64,000 nucleotides of DNA from the IMG/VR virus record IMGVR_UViG_3300021963_000023, positions 186,001-250,000 of that record. The stretch is one strand, 5' to 3'. The notes under the pieces were generated by a model. That model did not search any database, had not been told where the DNA came from, and saw only the letters and a program-made list of their open reading frames with translations. Position numbers and translations under genes: made by a program. Below are positions 10,154 through 21,127 of the stretch, piece after piece. Each line of letters starts with the position of its first letter. Position 1 is the stretch's first letter.

Positions 10154-12525
10154 GAATAGACGGACCTCAAATTACAGGTAGTTTTAATTTAAATGGTGAT
10201 GTAATTGGTGATTTAGATGCGTTGGTAACAACATCATCATTAAACACCTATACTTCATCGATAGGAACGACGATGGGTCACGTAAACACCGCAACCCATT
10301 CATTAAACACGTTCACAAGTAGTGCAACTACAAAACTAAACTCAATTGAAGGGGTAACTGGTTCATATGCAACAACTGGTAGTAACTTATTTGTTGGAAC
10401 TCAGACATCATCTGGTTCTATTGTACCATCAGTTAATAACACATATGACTTAGGAAGTCCAACACACCAATTTCGTCACGTCTATATTTCTTCAGGTTCA
10501 TTATATGTTAATGGAACAAAGGTATTAGGTAGTACCGCACAAGAATTACAAATTACAACCGACGCTGGACAATCGTTTAAAATATTAGAATCAAGTTCAG
10601 ATACAATCACACTACAATCTGCTGATGGAAATATTACATTAACATCAACAGGTCAAGGTGATATTGTTATGGACCCAAATACGGGTGTTATTGGTTTAAA
10701 AGGTACGGTTACAATTTATACAGGAAATAAAATAACATCAAGTGATGGAAATGCAATTCAATTCGGTAATGGTATTGCCGTTACTGGTAGTATTGTTGCA
10801 ACTGGAACCGCTTTAGTTTCTGGTTCATCACAAATTACATATAGTGGATTAAGTGGTTTACCTAGTAATATTATAAGTGGTAGTGGTCAATTAACAACAT
10901 TGGGAATTGCAACAACTGGTAGCAATACCTTTAATGGTAATTTAACTGTTACAGGATTTATTGATGCACAAGAATTAAGAACAACATATATCAGTTCTTC
11001 CATATTATATCGTTCAGGATCAACAAAGTTTGGTGACGAATTAACGGACACACATTCATTTACTGGTTCCATTTTAATTAGCGGAAGTATTAGTGTTCCT
11101 GGTTCTAATTTGGTATCAGGGAGCTCACAAGTATTAAACGGTAGTGGTGTGTTTAGCGGTAGTGCTCAATTACCATCTGGTATTGTATCTAGTTCAGCAC
11201 AAACAATTGCAAATTTACCGTCAGGTGTTGTATCTGGTAGTGCACAGACGATTGCTAATTTACCATCGGGTACGGTTTCGGGTAGTGCACAAACGATTGC
11301 AAATTTACCAAGCGGAACAGTATCGGGTAGTGTACAAGTTGATGTTATGTCAACAACAAACATTGCTCGGTTGGCAACAACTGGTTCAAATACATTTACA
11401 AGTAATCAAATTGTTAGTGGTGCATTTACAACAACTGGAGATATTAACGTTAATTCAAGTGGTATTATAATTAATAGAAACACATCTGGAGAACCATATT
11501 TGTTTTTTAGAAAAGATGGTGTTAATAGAGGTTCTATATATGGTATAACAGGTGGTGGTTTAAGAATGTTTGACCAAAGCGATAATCAAGTTCTAACTAT
11601 GACCGGTAGTATGATAGGAATAAATAAATCATCACCTAGCGGCACACTTGATGTTCAATCATCGGGAGCAAATGGTATTGTTTTATCTTCTGATTCTAAT
11701 GATACTAATAATAGTGGTAGAATATTCTTAATGAGAACCGGTGGTGAGGGGTTTGCAATTATGAATAATTCTGGTAACTTAAGTTTTAGAAGTAACGCAA
11801 TACCAGGAAACACATCAGGTAATGAAAGAATGAAGTTAGATTCTTCGCATAATTTAATATTAAATAATGGTTTAACTGTTGCGGGTGCAACTAACCATAC
11901 TGGTGCGGTAAGGATGAATAATAGTTCTGCGGGTAATTCACCTAAAATTACTTTTGGTACTGAAGATGAAAGTATTGCAGGAAATAAATCAATTTATCTT
12001 GATACCTATTGGATGATTCTTCAACCTCACGTAAATGAGGGTTTAAGAGTTAGATTTGTTAATGGGTCAGGAACACAAACTGAGACCGTTAGACTTCAAT
12101 CAACCCAAGCAAGTTTTTACACATCCATAAGTTCTTCAAGTAGTATATCCGCTTCAGGTAATATGGGAGCAAGAAACTTTAATAACTTAGTTAGAAGTTG
12201 GTCCTCAAATGGTTCATATGTTTGGCACGAACAATTAAATGCAATCGCAAGTGTTTTTGATGATGGTGGATTGTATAGAGCATTTATTAGAGAATCAAAT
12301 GCTGCACATTATTATGGATATATGTTTGACATTAATGTTAGTAGTAAAGGATATGGAGGAACATCACTTCAATATGTTGTTCGAAATATGACATCGTCTA
12401 ATGGAGCGTGGCCAGCAGGTTGTGGAGCAACTTCATTTGCATCAATAGATAATAGTGGATTTACAAAACAAAGTAGTGGTTGTTTTGATACTTTACATTT
12501 ATATATAACAAAAATAGGAGGTTAA
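10150..12525 (+). CDS. Tail fibre protein
   Basis: Carries the shared 'IVPSVNNTYDLGS...GTKVLGSTAQELQITTD...FGDELTDTHSFTGS' module and SGSAQTIANLP repeats, with a unique C-terminal region. Confidence 0.75.
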   Translation: MRIDGPQITGSFNLNGDVIGDLDALVTTSSLNTYTSSIGTTMGHVNTATHSLNTFTSSATTKLNSIEGVTGSYATTGSNLFVGTQTSSGSIVPSVNNTYDLGSPTHQFRHVYISSGSLYVNGTKVLGSTAQELQITTDAGQSFKILESSSDTITLQSADGNITLTSTGQGDIVMDPNTGVIGLKGTVTIYTGNKITSSDGNAIQFGNGIAVTGSIVATGTALVSGSSQITYSGLSGLPSNIISGSGQLTTLGIATTGSNTFNGNLTVTGFIDAQELRTTYISSSILYRSGSTKFGDELTDTHSFTGSILISGSISVPGSNLVSGSSQVLNGSGVFSGSAQLPSGIVSSSAQTIANLPSGVVSGSAQTIANLPSGTVSGSAQTIANLPSGTVSGSVQVDVMSTTNIARLATTGSNTFTSNQIVSGAFTTTGDINVNSSGIIINRNTSGEPYLFFRKDGVNRGSIYGITGGGLRMFDQSDNQVLTMTGSMIGINKSSPSGTLDVQSSGANGIVLSSDSNDTNNSGRIFLMRTGGEGFAIMNNSGNLSFRSNAIPGNTSGNERMKLDSSHNLILNNGLTVAGATNHTGAVRMNNSSAGNSPKITFGTEDESIAGNKSIYLDTYWMILQPHVNEGLRVRFVNGSGTQTETVRLQSTQASFYTSISSSSSISASGNMGARNFNNLVRSWSSNGSYVWHEQLNAIASVFDDGGLYRAFIRESNAAHYYGYMFDINVSSKGYGGTSLQYVVRNMTSSNGAWPAGCGATSFASIDNSGFTKQSSGCFDTLHLYITKIGG
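11190..11330 (+). repeat. Coding 15-aa repeat SGSAQTIANLPSG(V/T)V (boundaries approximate)
   Basis: Three copies here, and two each at about 13955-14050 and 17620-17720. Confidence 0.8.
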
Positions 12526-12536
12526 AATTTAAAAAT

Positions 12537-12872
12537 ATGGCAATTAATATTACTATAGTATCAATTAAAAAAACAGATAATTTAGAGTTACCAAATGTGG
12601 TTACAGAAATTACCTATAAAATAACTAAAGAAGAAAATGGTAAAACCGCTTCATTAGAAGGTTTTGCTAATTTAGATTTTAGTGAGTTAACACAAGAAAA
12701 TTATATCCCAATTTCAGGATTAACTGAAAATATGATTAAAGATTGGGTATTGAATTCAATTGGAGATAGAATCACATCAATTGAAAGTTATTTGGATAAT
12801 GAAATTGAAACTCAAGAAGAGAAATTAAAAATTGTTTCTACTGAAATAAAATTACCTTGGGAAACTAATTAA
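12537..12872 (+). CDS. Small acidic protein, probable tail-fibre assembly chaperone
   Basis: 111 aa directly after a fibre gene, with 'YIPISGLTENMIKDWV...LPW' features typical of small phage fibre-associated proteins. Confidence 0.5.
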   Translation: MAINITIVSIKKTDNLELPNVVTEITYKITKEENGKTASLEGFANLDFSELTQENYIPISGLTENMIKDWVLNSIGDRITSIESYLDNEIETQEEKLKIVSTEIKLPWETN

Positions 12873-12887
12873 AACTATTTATAACTA

Positions 12888-15800
12888 ATGGCAAACGGAG
12901 CATTTAAATTTAAAGACAATTCGGGTAATGTGGTATCATTTATCTCAGGAAGTGGTTCAAATATATCATTTTCAGGAGGTACGCTTGACCTATCAGGAAT
13001 GACAGGTCTAACCTTAGGTAATCTTACCTTAAGTGGTACAACACAGAACGCAATATCGGCTTCACACGCTGCGAGTTATCTATTAACATCTTCGTTTAAC
13101 ACATATAGTGGAACAACCGATACAGTTATCGGAACACTACAAACAAGTACAAGTAGTTTAAATAGTTTTACATCAAGTGCAACAAGTAGATTATCATCTA
13201 TAGAAACATCCACAGGTAGTTTAAACACATTCACCTCAAGTGCAACAACAAGATTAAACTCTATTGAGGGTGTATCAGGTAGTTATGCAACAACAGGTTC
13301 CAACTTATTTAAAGGTAATCAAACAATTTCAGGTTCAATTATACCTGCAGTTGACAATGCCTACGATTTAGGTAGTGTTACACATCAATTTAGAGATTTA
13401 TACCTTTCATCGGCATCATTATACATTGATGGAACAAAAGTTTTAGGTAGTACCGCACAAGAATTACAAATTACAACTGACACAGGTCAGTCATTTAAGA
13501 TATTAGAAGCTGGTAGTGATAACATTACACTTCAATCTGCCGATGGTAACATTGAATTAAAATCAAGTGGCGGTGGTGATGTTATATTAGACCCAACAAC
13601 GGGAGTAATTGCACTTAAAGGAACAACCACATTATATGCGGGAAATAAAATTTTATCAAGTGATGGAAACGCAATTCAAATTGGTAATAGTGCAACTATA
13701 ACTGGTAGTTTAATTGTTACGGGATTTATTGAAACTCAAGAATTAAGAACAACTTATATTTCATCATCTATATTATATAGAAGTGGAAGCACAAAATTCG
13801 GAGATGAGTTAAGTGATACTCACACATTTACTGGTAGTTTATTGGTTAGTGGAACGATTAGTGTTCCAGGTTCTGGATTAATTTCAGGATCATCGCAAAT
13901 ATTAAATGGTAGTGGGGTGTTTAGTGGTAGTGCACAATTGCCATCTGGTATTGTTTCTAGTTCCGCACAAACAATTGCAAATTTACCGAGTGGAGTTGTA
14001 TCAGGTTCTGCACAAACAATTGCTAACTTACCAAGTGGAACCGTAAGTGGTAGTGTTCAAGTTGATGTAATGTCAACAACAAATATTGCTCGGTTGGCAA
14101 CAACAGGGTCAAACACATTCACAAGTAATCAAATTGTTAGTGGTAGTGTTTATATATCATCAGGTAGTTATTTTAATGTTGGTAGAGGTGCGGATAATAG
14201 TTATCCATTTAATGTAACGTCCCAATTTGCAAAAACAGATACTTCAGGTAGAGGTTTAATGTTTTTAGGTTCTAACGAATCAATTGCAACTAATCCTTTT
14301 GGGTTGGTTGTAACAGTAACAGGTGCAGCATCGTTAGCGGGTAGAACGGTAACAATGGGAACCACTGATTTTGGTTTAGCTAATGGTGGAACATTAAATT
14401 TGAATAATACATTATATGTTACGGGATCTAATATTGGTATTGGAACATCAACCCCAAATGCCTCATTAACAGTATCAGGTGGTGCAATATCTTTTCCATC
14501 AAATATGTCATCAGGATTTGTTGGATATTCTTTATTTCAAAATGGAAGTAAATTAACTATTGCAGGTGGTAGTGGTGGTATTCAACTCAACAATACAGCA
14601 AATTCAGCGGGACTTGTGAGTTTATTTGATAATGGAAATTTTCTAATAGGAACAACAGGAACAGATGGAGGATACAAGCTAGATGTTAATGGTACAGGAA
14701 GGTTTAGTGGTGATTTATATATTGATAATTCAAGTGCATTAGGATATTCAAGATTATGGTTAAGAAATAGTGGTGCATCTAATACTAACTATTTAATTGG
14801 TGTTGGTGGAAGTACTTCTGCAAGAGCAAATTTATTTTATATAAATAATACTACTTCTGACACTACTTTATTTAGTATGACATCCACAGGAGCAGCCACA
14901 TTCTCTGCTAAAGTAAGTGCAAAAGGTGGAAGTGCTTCAGGTGGTTATTATATGGATTATCAAACGGATGGTTCAAGTAGAAGTTTTAGAGTTTCAAGTG
15001 AACATTTAGTATATGCTGATTTTGTTATTCAAAGATCAACTACAAGAACAGGAACTACCTACGAAGATTTACTTTATTTTGATGCAAATAGAGCGGCCAC
15101 ATTTTCTAGTAGCATAACGGCAGGAGGTGCAGTTATAGCAAATGTGGCTTCAGGATTTAGAAGCAATACTTACCAAGGTGGATTAAATCCTATTTGGTGT
15201 TTTAATACTGCTCCTGCTTATGGTATGGGGTACTACCAAGTTAATACCGATATTTTAGGAATTGGTATGGATGCTATTGGATTTTTCTTTAGTAATACTT
15301 CTGCCCCTCAGTTTTTTGTTAAAGCAAATGGAGGTGCATATTTTGAAAATAGTGTAGGTATAGGTGCAAAGTTTCCAAGAACAAGATTACAAGTTACACC
15401 AGCATCAAATGCTGAAACTCCTGTTTTAGGTACAGCAACTGGCGCTGTAACATTTACATCTGCAAATACAAACTATGGAATACAGTTTAATAGTACATCA
15501 GATGGTTCATATTTTATTCAATCTCAAAGATTTGACGCATCAGCTACAGCGTATGCTCTTGGTTTAAATCCAGTAGGTGGATATGTTTATTTGGGTAAAG
15601 GTTGGGGAGCAGCAAACCATAGAATAAACTTAGAAGTAGCACAAGGTAATAACATTCTTGTAGTAAGTGCATATGCTGGGGCTTCTAATGATAGTGTTCT
15701 TATAAGGGCGGCATCTGGAGCTAATCCTAACGATGCGGGTACCACAATGGGGGTTACAACTAACAGTGCAACGGGAAGATCAATATCAGCAGGTGGGACT

Positions 15801-16295
15801 ATTAATGCATCCGGTAATGACTATGCTGAGTATATGTTAAAAGCTGTTACTGATAATATTTCTAAAGGTGATATTGTTGGTATAGATAATGAAGGATTAC
15901 TTACAAATATATTTTCTGATTCTGTGTCGTTCGTGGTTAAATCTACAAATCCTTCTTATGTTGGAGGCGATGCTTGGGGAACTGTAGTTGGTAAAAGACC
16001 AGAAAGAACAACAGACCAAACAGAAGAAGAGTTTGCACCAATATTAGCAGAATTTGAAGCTAAATTAGAAGTTGAAAGACAAAAGGTAGATAGAATAGCA
16101 TTTAGTGGTCAGGTTCCAGTAAATGTTACGGGATCAACCGTTGGTGATTATATTATTCCAATATCAACTGAAGACGGAAAAATAACAGGACAAACAATAA
16201 CAAACCCAACATTTGAACAATATCAAATTTCCGTAGGTAAAGTATGGAAAATAATGGAAGATGGTAGAGCATTTATTGCAGTTAAAATCGGTTAA
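12888..16295 (+). CDS. Tail fibre with C-terminal peptidase-G2-like autoproteolytic chaperone
   Basis: Shared N-terminal modules, 'NIGIGTSTP' and 'YKLDVNGTGRF' motifs, and C-terminal 'GNDYAEY...GDIVG...PSYVGG..W...IAFSGQVPV...GDYI'. Confidence 0.75.
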   Translation: MANGAFKFKDNSGNVVSFISGSGSNISFSGGTLDLSGMTGLTLGNLTLSGTTQNAISASHAASYLLTSSFNTYSGTTDTVIGTLQTSTSSLNSFTSSATSRLSSIETSTGSLNTFTSSATTRLNSIEGVSGSYATTGSNLFKGNQTISGSIIPAVDNAYDLGSVTHQFRDLYLSSASLYIDGTKVLGSTAQELQITTDTGQSFKILEAGSDNITLQSADGNIELKSSGGGDVILDPTTGVIALKGTTTLYAGNKILSSDGNAIQIGNSATITGSLIVTGFIETQELRTTYISSSILYRSGSTKFGDELSDTHTFTGSLLVSGTISVPGSGLISGSSQILNGSGVFSGSAQLPSGIVSSSAQTIANLPSGVVSGSAQTIANLPSGTVSGSVQVDVMSTTNIARLATTGSNTFTSNQIVSGSVYISSGSYFNVGRGADNSYPFNVTSQFAKTDTSGRGLMFLGSNESIATNPFGLVVTVTGAASLAGRTVTMGTTDFGLANGGTLNLNNTLYVTGSNIGIGTSTPNASLTVSGGAISFPSNMSSGFVGYSLFQNGSKLTIAGGSGGIQLNNTANSAGLVSLFDNGNFLIGTTGTDGGYKLDVNGTGRFSGDLYIDNSSALGYSRLWLRNSGASNTNYLIGVGGSTSARANLFYINNTTSDTTLFSMTSTGAATFSAKVSAKGGSASGGYYMDYQTDGSSRSFRVSSEHLVYADFVIQRSTTRTGTTYEDLLYFDANRAATFSSSITAGGAVIANVASGFRSNTYQGGLNPIWCFNTAPAYGMGYYQVNTDILGIGMDAIGFFFSNTSAPQFFVKANGGAYFENSVGIGAKFPRTRLQVTPASNAETPVLGTATGAVTFTSANTNYGIQFNSTSDGSYFIQSQRFDASATAYALGLNPVGGYVYLGKGWGAANHRINLEVAQGNNILVVSAYAGASNDSVLIRAASGANPNDAGTTMGVTTNSATGRSISAGGTINASGNDYAEYMLKAVTDNISKGDIVGIDNEGLLTNIFSDSVSFVVKSTNPSYVGGDAWGTVVGKRPERTTDQTEEEFAPILAEFEAKLEVERQKVDRIAFSGQVPVNVTGSTVGDYIIPISTEDGKITGQTITNPTFEQYQISVGKVWKIMEDGRAFIAVKIG

Positions 16296-16309
16296 AACTA
16301 TTTATTAAT

Positions 16310-16516
16310 ATGGCATATAGAATACAAAAACAATTCGTACCGGTAGACACCAACAATGGTGATCCAGATTGGGCAAAAAGACAAATATGGGTATCAAAAT
16401 TAAACGCAGAAGATTCTGTGGATGAGTTTGATACATTAGAAGAAGCTGAAACCAAAAAGGGTGAATTGGAAACCGCAGATCCGTCTGAAAGAGTTTACAG
16501 AATTGTTGAGATCTAA
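16310..16516 (+). CDS. Small hypothetical protein
   Basis: 68-aa ORF filling the gap between fibre genes, preceded by a TATTTAT motif. Confidence 0.6.
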   Translation: MAYRIQKQFVPVDTNNGDPDWAKRQIWVSKLNAEDSVDEFDTLEEAETKKGELETADPSERVYRIVEI

Positions 16517-16543
16517 TCGGTCAATCGGACTATTTATTTACAT

Positions 16544-19412
16544 ATGAAAGTCCATAATCTCACAGTAACGGGTTCCCTAACAAGTGGTGGGGAAGTCATC
16601 ACATCAATATCTTCATCCACCGTAACTAAACTTGGAAGTTTATCTTCTTCCTTGTCGACAAGTATCGGTCAATTATCATCATCGATGGCATCGTCAATGA
16701 CAAGTCTATCTTCGTCATTAACGTCAAGTATGGGTAGTTTATCGTCCTCGATGGCGTCTTCTATGACAAGTTTATCTTCGTCATTGACAGGTAGTATGGG
16801 TAGTTTATCATCTTCGATGGCAACTTCGATGAATGACCTTTCATCTTCAATGGGAAGTATAATGGCCACCACTGGTAGCAATCTATTTAAAGGTAATCAA
16901 ACAATATCAGGTTCAATCATACCAGCCGTTAATGGTTTATATGACTTAGGTTCAATAACAAATGAATTTAGAGATTTATATCTTTCTTCCGCATCATTAT
17001 ATATCGACGGAACAAAGGTACTTGGAAGCACAACACAGGAACTTACAATCACAACTGATACAGGACAATCATTTAAGATATTAGAAGCCGGTTCAGACAC
17101 AATTACATTACAAGCAGCAGACGGAAATATTACACTTGCAACATCAGGTGGTGGAGATGTTATATTAGATCCAACAAGTGGACTTATTGCACTTAAGGGA
17201 ACAACAACATTATATGCTGGTAATAAAATACTATCATCTGATGGGAATGCAATTCAAATCGGTAATAGTGTAACAATGACAGGTTCATTAATAGTAACCG
17301 GATTTATTGAAACACAAGAATTAAGAACAACATATATTAGTAGTTCAATTTTATATAGAAGTGGTAGTACTAAGTTTGGTGACGAATTAGGTGACACACA
17401 TTCATTTACAGGAAGTTTAACCGTTAGTGGGAGTATTAGTATACCTAGTTCAGGATTGGTCTCAGGATCGTCCCAAATTACGTATGGTGGATTAAGTGGT
17501 GTACCAAGTGGTATTATAAGTGGTAGTTCACAATTACCATCTGGATTGGTATCGGGTAGTGTACAAGTATTAAACGGAAGTGGAGTGTTTAGTGGTAGTG
17601 CACAATTGCCATCTGGTATTGTTAGCGGTAGTGCACAAACTATTGCTAATTTACCAAGTGGAGTGGTGTCGGGTTCAGCACAAACTATTGCAAATCTACC
17701 AAGCGGAACCGTATCTGGTTCTAGTCAAGTATTAAATGGTACAACAATCCATTCTGGTTCATTCTTTAATGGTATCAGTTGTATCTGGTAGTGTGCAGGT
17801 GGATGTTATGTCAACAACAAATATTGCTCGGCTCGCAACAACTGGTTCGAACGTATTTACTGGTGCTCAAACAATCAACGCAAGTAATGTGGGTAGAATA
17901 AATTTAGGAAATACAACAGAAACAAAAACAGCGGGTGCAATCATCGCACAAACATCCCCATCATATGGTGCAACCGGTAAACTTGGGTTTAGTGTTACAA
18001 CCTGGGGTGTAAATACTGATTATGATTTAACCGAAGTAATGGCGATAGATATGAGAAGCGCCGATACAAAGGGTGCTATAATTTATATGAATCCATTTGG
18101 TGGTGGTCGACTTGGTGTGGGAACACAAAACCCAACAGAAATGTTGCACGTATATGGTTCTGGTTCAGCAACATCAATCAAGGTAGAAACAGCAACAAAT
18201 CACGCAACATTTTTTGAGGCTAGTACATTTACCGGAACAACTAAAACAAGACTTCAATCTAATTCAAGTGCTGGATTTGTTGGTACAATAACAAGTCACC
18301 CATTTGATATTTTTTCTGGAAATGCATTTGCCGCGAGATATAACACGAATGGTAATTTAAATGTTGGATATCAAGGAGATCAAGGAGCTAAATTATATGT
18401 CCAAGCAAACCTTGCCTCATATGCTGCATATATTGAACAGCTTGGTGGGGCCACAAGTTCTTATGGTGGTTTAAGAATTACAACAAATAGTACTGGTGTT
18501 AACTCTTTATATATTGATAACGCAGGTACTGAACGTTTTTCAGTAAAGGGCAGTGGTGTTGTACATATACAAAACGCTCTTGGTGTTGGTTACAGTGATC
18601 CACAATACACTTTACAGGTTCTTAATACAATAGGTTTAAGAGCTAATAGTCAAAACATTAAAGCAATAACAGGTACCGGTTGGGGTTATAGTCCGTCTAC
18701 ATATAAAGTTGTTATGCTTGGTGACACCGCTAATAATGTTACGGTATCAATTGGTTATGATCCATCTGGTAATGCAAATAGTGCATTTAATGGTGCCGGT
18801 GGTGAGGTTTTATTTAGAAATGGTGCGTCATTTGCAACACCAAACGCAGCAAATACTTCATTTAATTTAAACACATTAGTATTAAAGGATGGAAAAGTTG
18901 GTTTTGGTAACGCCGATCCAACATACGGTGTGGATGTTAGTGGTAATATTAGAATTAATGCTGGTGCAACATCATATCTTTATTTTAGTTCAACAATAAC
19001 AAATAGATATCTAGCATATAATGGTGCGGATTCTTATTGGAGAAGTGATGGTGTTCATTATTTTGAAAAAACATCTGGATATAAAGGTTCTTGGGATGCT
19101 AATGGTAATTTAACAGTAACGGGAACAATAACAGAATCATCAGCTAAAAGATATAAAGAAAATATTAAATTATTAGAAAACTCTTTAGATAAAATCATAA
19201 AACTAAGGGGTGTGTCTTATAATAAAATAGAAAGTGGTGATAAAGAAATTGGTTTAATTGCGGAAGAGGTTAATGAGATATTACCTGAGTTAATTACCAA
19301 AAACACAAATGGAGAAATTGAATCTGTAGCATATGGTAGAGTGGTTAGTGTTTTAATTGAGGCAATAAAAGAATTAAAAATTGAAATTGAAGAATTAAAA
19401 TCTAATTTATAA
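16544..19412 (+). pseudogene. Tail fibre with C-terminal S74-like chaperone, split by a frameshift near 17780 (track ORFs 16544-17791 and 17736-19412)
   Basis: In paralogues SGSAQTIANLP is followed by VSGSVQVDVMSTTNIARLATTGSN. Here that continuation is in the +1 frame after GGT ATC AGT. The C-terminus is 'ESSAKRYKENI..LENSLDKI...GLIAEEV...VLIEAIKEL'. Could be an assembly error. Confidence 0.7.
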
Positions 19413-19888
19413 TGGCGTCATTACAAGGAACAACGGTAACAACATTTAATGCAACAACATCAGCCACAGCATCCTCTATTTGGAACACATCCTCAGGATC
19501 TGTTCAACAATGGGCCGGATATGTTGGTGTACCAACACCTTATTATGAACCATCAAATAATTTTGCTAATTTAATTGGAAATAATAATGGATATGCTTGG
19601 ATTATGGGTCACGTTTCAATCCCAGCAAATCAATCATATAATAGTTGTCACGATTTTTGGTTTGCATTATCAAGATATGGTATAAAAACCTCTTTTGTTA
19701 CAACAAACGATGGTTTATTAGGTTTATCACATTATCAAGATCCTGGAAATGCAAACATAAATTATTTAAGAATTACAAATAACTATAATGCAAGTTGGGC
19801 TTATGGTAATTATCACGTGTGTGCAACAATCTTTACCGGTAGTGCCAATAACTCGGTCATATCATCAGTTTTAACAAGAATTAATTAA
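19412..19888 (+). CDS. Fibre-associated protein, paralogue 1 of 3
   Basis: 158 aa. Shares MA.L..T start, 'F.LSRYG', 'YQDPGNANINYLRITN' and LTRI end with the next two ORFs. Confidence 0.65.
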   Translation: MASLQGTTVTTFNATTSATASSIWNTSSGSVQQWAGYVGVPTPYYEPSNNFANLIGNNNGYAWIMGHVSIPANQSYNSCHDFWFALSRYGIKTSFVTTNDGLLGLSHYQDPGNANINYLRITNNYNASWAYGNYHVCATIFTGSANNSVISSVLTRIN

Positions 19889-19889
19889 T

Positions 19890-20360
19890 ATGGCAACGCT
19901 AATAGCATCATCAATCAATGGGACATTAACAGCAACTACTAGTATAGTTTCCCCTAAATTATTACAAACATATTCAACACAACAATTTAAAGAGTATATT
20001 GGTAGTGCTTCAATACCTAGTTCTGCAAATAGCGCAACAAATTACATAGATTTGTTTGGAAATACGGGAGCACACGAAAGAATGCTTGGGTATGTTTCCT
20101 GGACCGTTTATCAATCACAAATACATACAGGATCATTTATGTTTCAATTATCTGAATATGGTTTAAGTACATACAACTTACAGAATAGTGGATATTGGTC
20201 ACTCGCTAGACATAATCCAACTTATGGTACTAACTATATTAGATTTACAAATACTGTTGGTACTGAATGGGGTAACGGAACATATTATTTTGTTGCTAGA
20301 ATAACCGGTTTAGGTGGTCACTCATTTGTATCATCATATTTAACAGAAAGAATAAGATAG
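19890..20360 (+). CDS. Fibre-associated protein, paralogue 2 of 3
   Basis: 156 aa, with 'FQLSEYG', 'NYIRFTNT' and the ending LTERIR. Confidence 0.65.
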   Translation: MATLIASSINGTLTATTSIVSPKLLQTYSTQQFKEYIGSASIPSSANSATNYIDLFGNTGAHERMLGYVSWTVYQSQIHTGSFMFQLSEYGLSTYNLQNSGYWSLARHNPTYGTNYIRFTNTVGTEWGNGTYYFVARITGLGGHSFVSSYLTERIR

Positions 20361-20361
20361 T

Positions 20362-20808
20362 ATGGCAAATTTAATAAGCACAACAGCACCAACAATATCA
20401 GCGTCTTTAATAACATCACCATTAACATATATGGAGACGGGTAACGGAATGATTGAATATACTGGTTCTGTTTTCTTAAATAACAATGGATCGGTGGATA
20501 TTTTAACCAATAATAGTGGTTATTCTAGAGTTGTTGGTTTAGGTTATTTTATGGCGGTTAGATCCAGCTCTTCTTGGTCTTTTGGACACTTTAGTTTTCA
20601 ATGTTCAAGATACGAAACCTCATACACAAATTTATTACAATCAGATTGGGGAGGGTATTCAATAGCTAATTACCAAAATCCGGGTAATGTTGACATAAAC
20701 TCCGTTAGATTCACAAATACTTCTGGTGATAGTGGGACGTTTTATTTTAATTTTTTATTACAAAACCACGTAAGCGAATCATCGGCAAATTTAACAAGAA
20801 TTAAATAA
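20362..20808 (+). CDS. Fibre-associated protein, paralogue 3 of 3
   Basis: 148 aa, with 'FQCSRYE', 'YQNPGNVDINSVRFTNT' and the ending LTRIK. Confidence 0.65.
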   Translation: MANLISTTAPTISASLITSPLTYMETGNGMIEYTGSVFLNNNGSVDILTNNSGYSRVVGLGYFMAVRSSSSWSFGHFSFQCSRYETSYTNLLQSDWGGYSIANYQNPGNVDINSVRFTNTSGDSGTFYFNFLLQNHVSESSANLTRIK

Positions 20809-20816
20809 TTATAATT

Positions 20817-21074
20817 ATGACACATCCATTAGACGACGGAACCGAATTAATAAATCCACAAGATGGAACACCATATACCGAAATTCAAAGGTTTGGTTTT
20901 TACACTGGATTACAAGAAGTTTTTGATACGGAATATCAAAGACAAAGAAAGAATGAATATCCACCAATTGAGGAGTATATTGACGGTGTAGTTAAAGGTG
21001 ATCAATATCAAATTGACGACTATATTCAAAAATGCTTGGCGGTTAAATTAAAATACCCAAAACCAACTAATTAA
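20817..21074 (+). CDS. Small phage protein, probable fibre assembly chaperone
   Basis: 'YQRQRKNEYPPIEEYID...CLAVKLKYPKP' motif, common in small ORFs downstream of phage fibre genes. Confidence 0.55.
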   Translation: MTHPLDDGTELINPQDGTPYTEIQRFGFYTGLQEVFDTEYQRQRKNEYPPIEEYIDGVVKGDQYQIDDYIQKCLAVKLKYPKPTN

Positions 21075-21127
21075 TATTTCCGCCCCATAACCGATATCCC
21101 AAGTATTTATAGTTAAACTATAAATTA

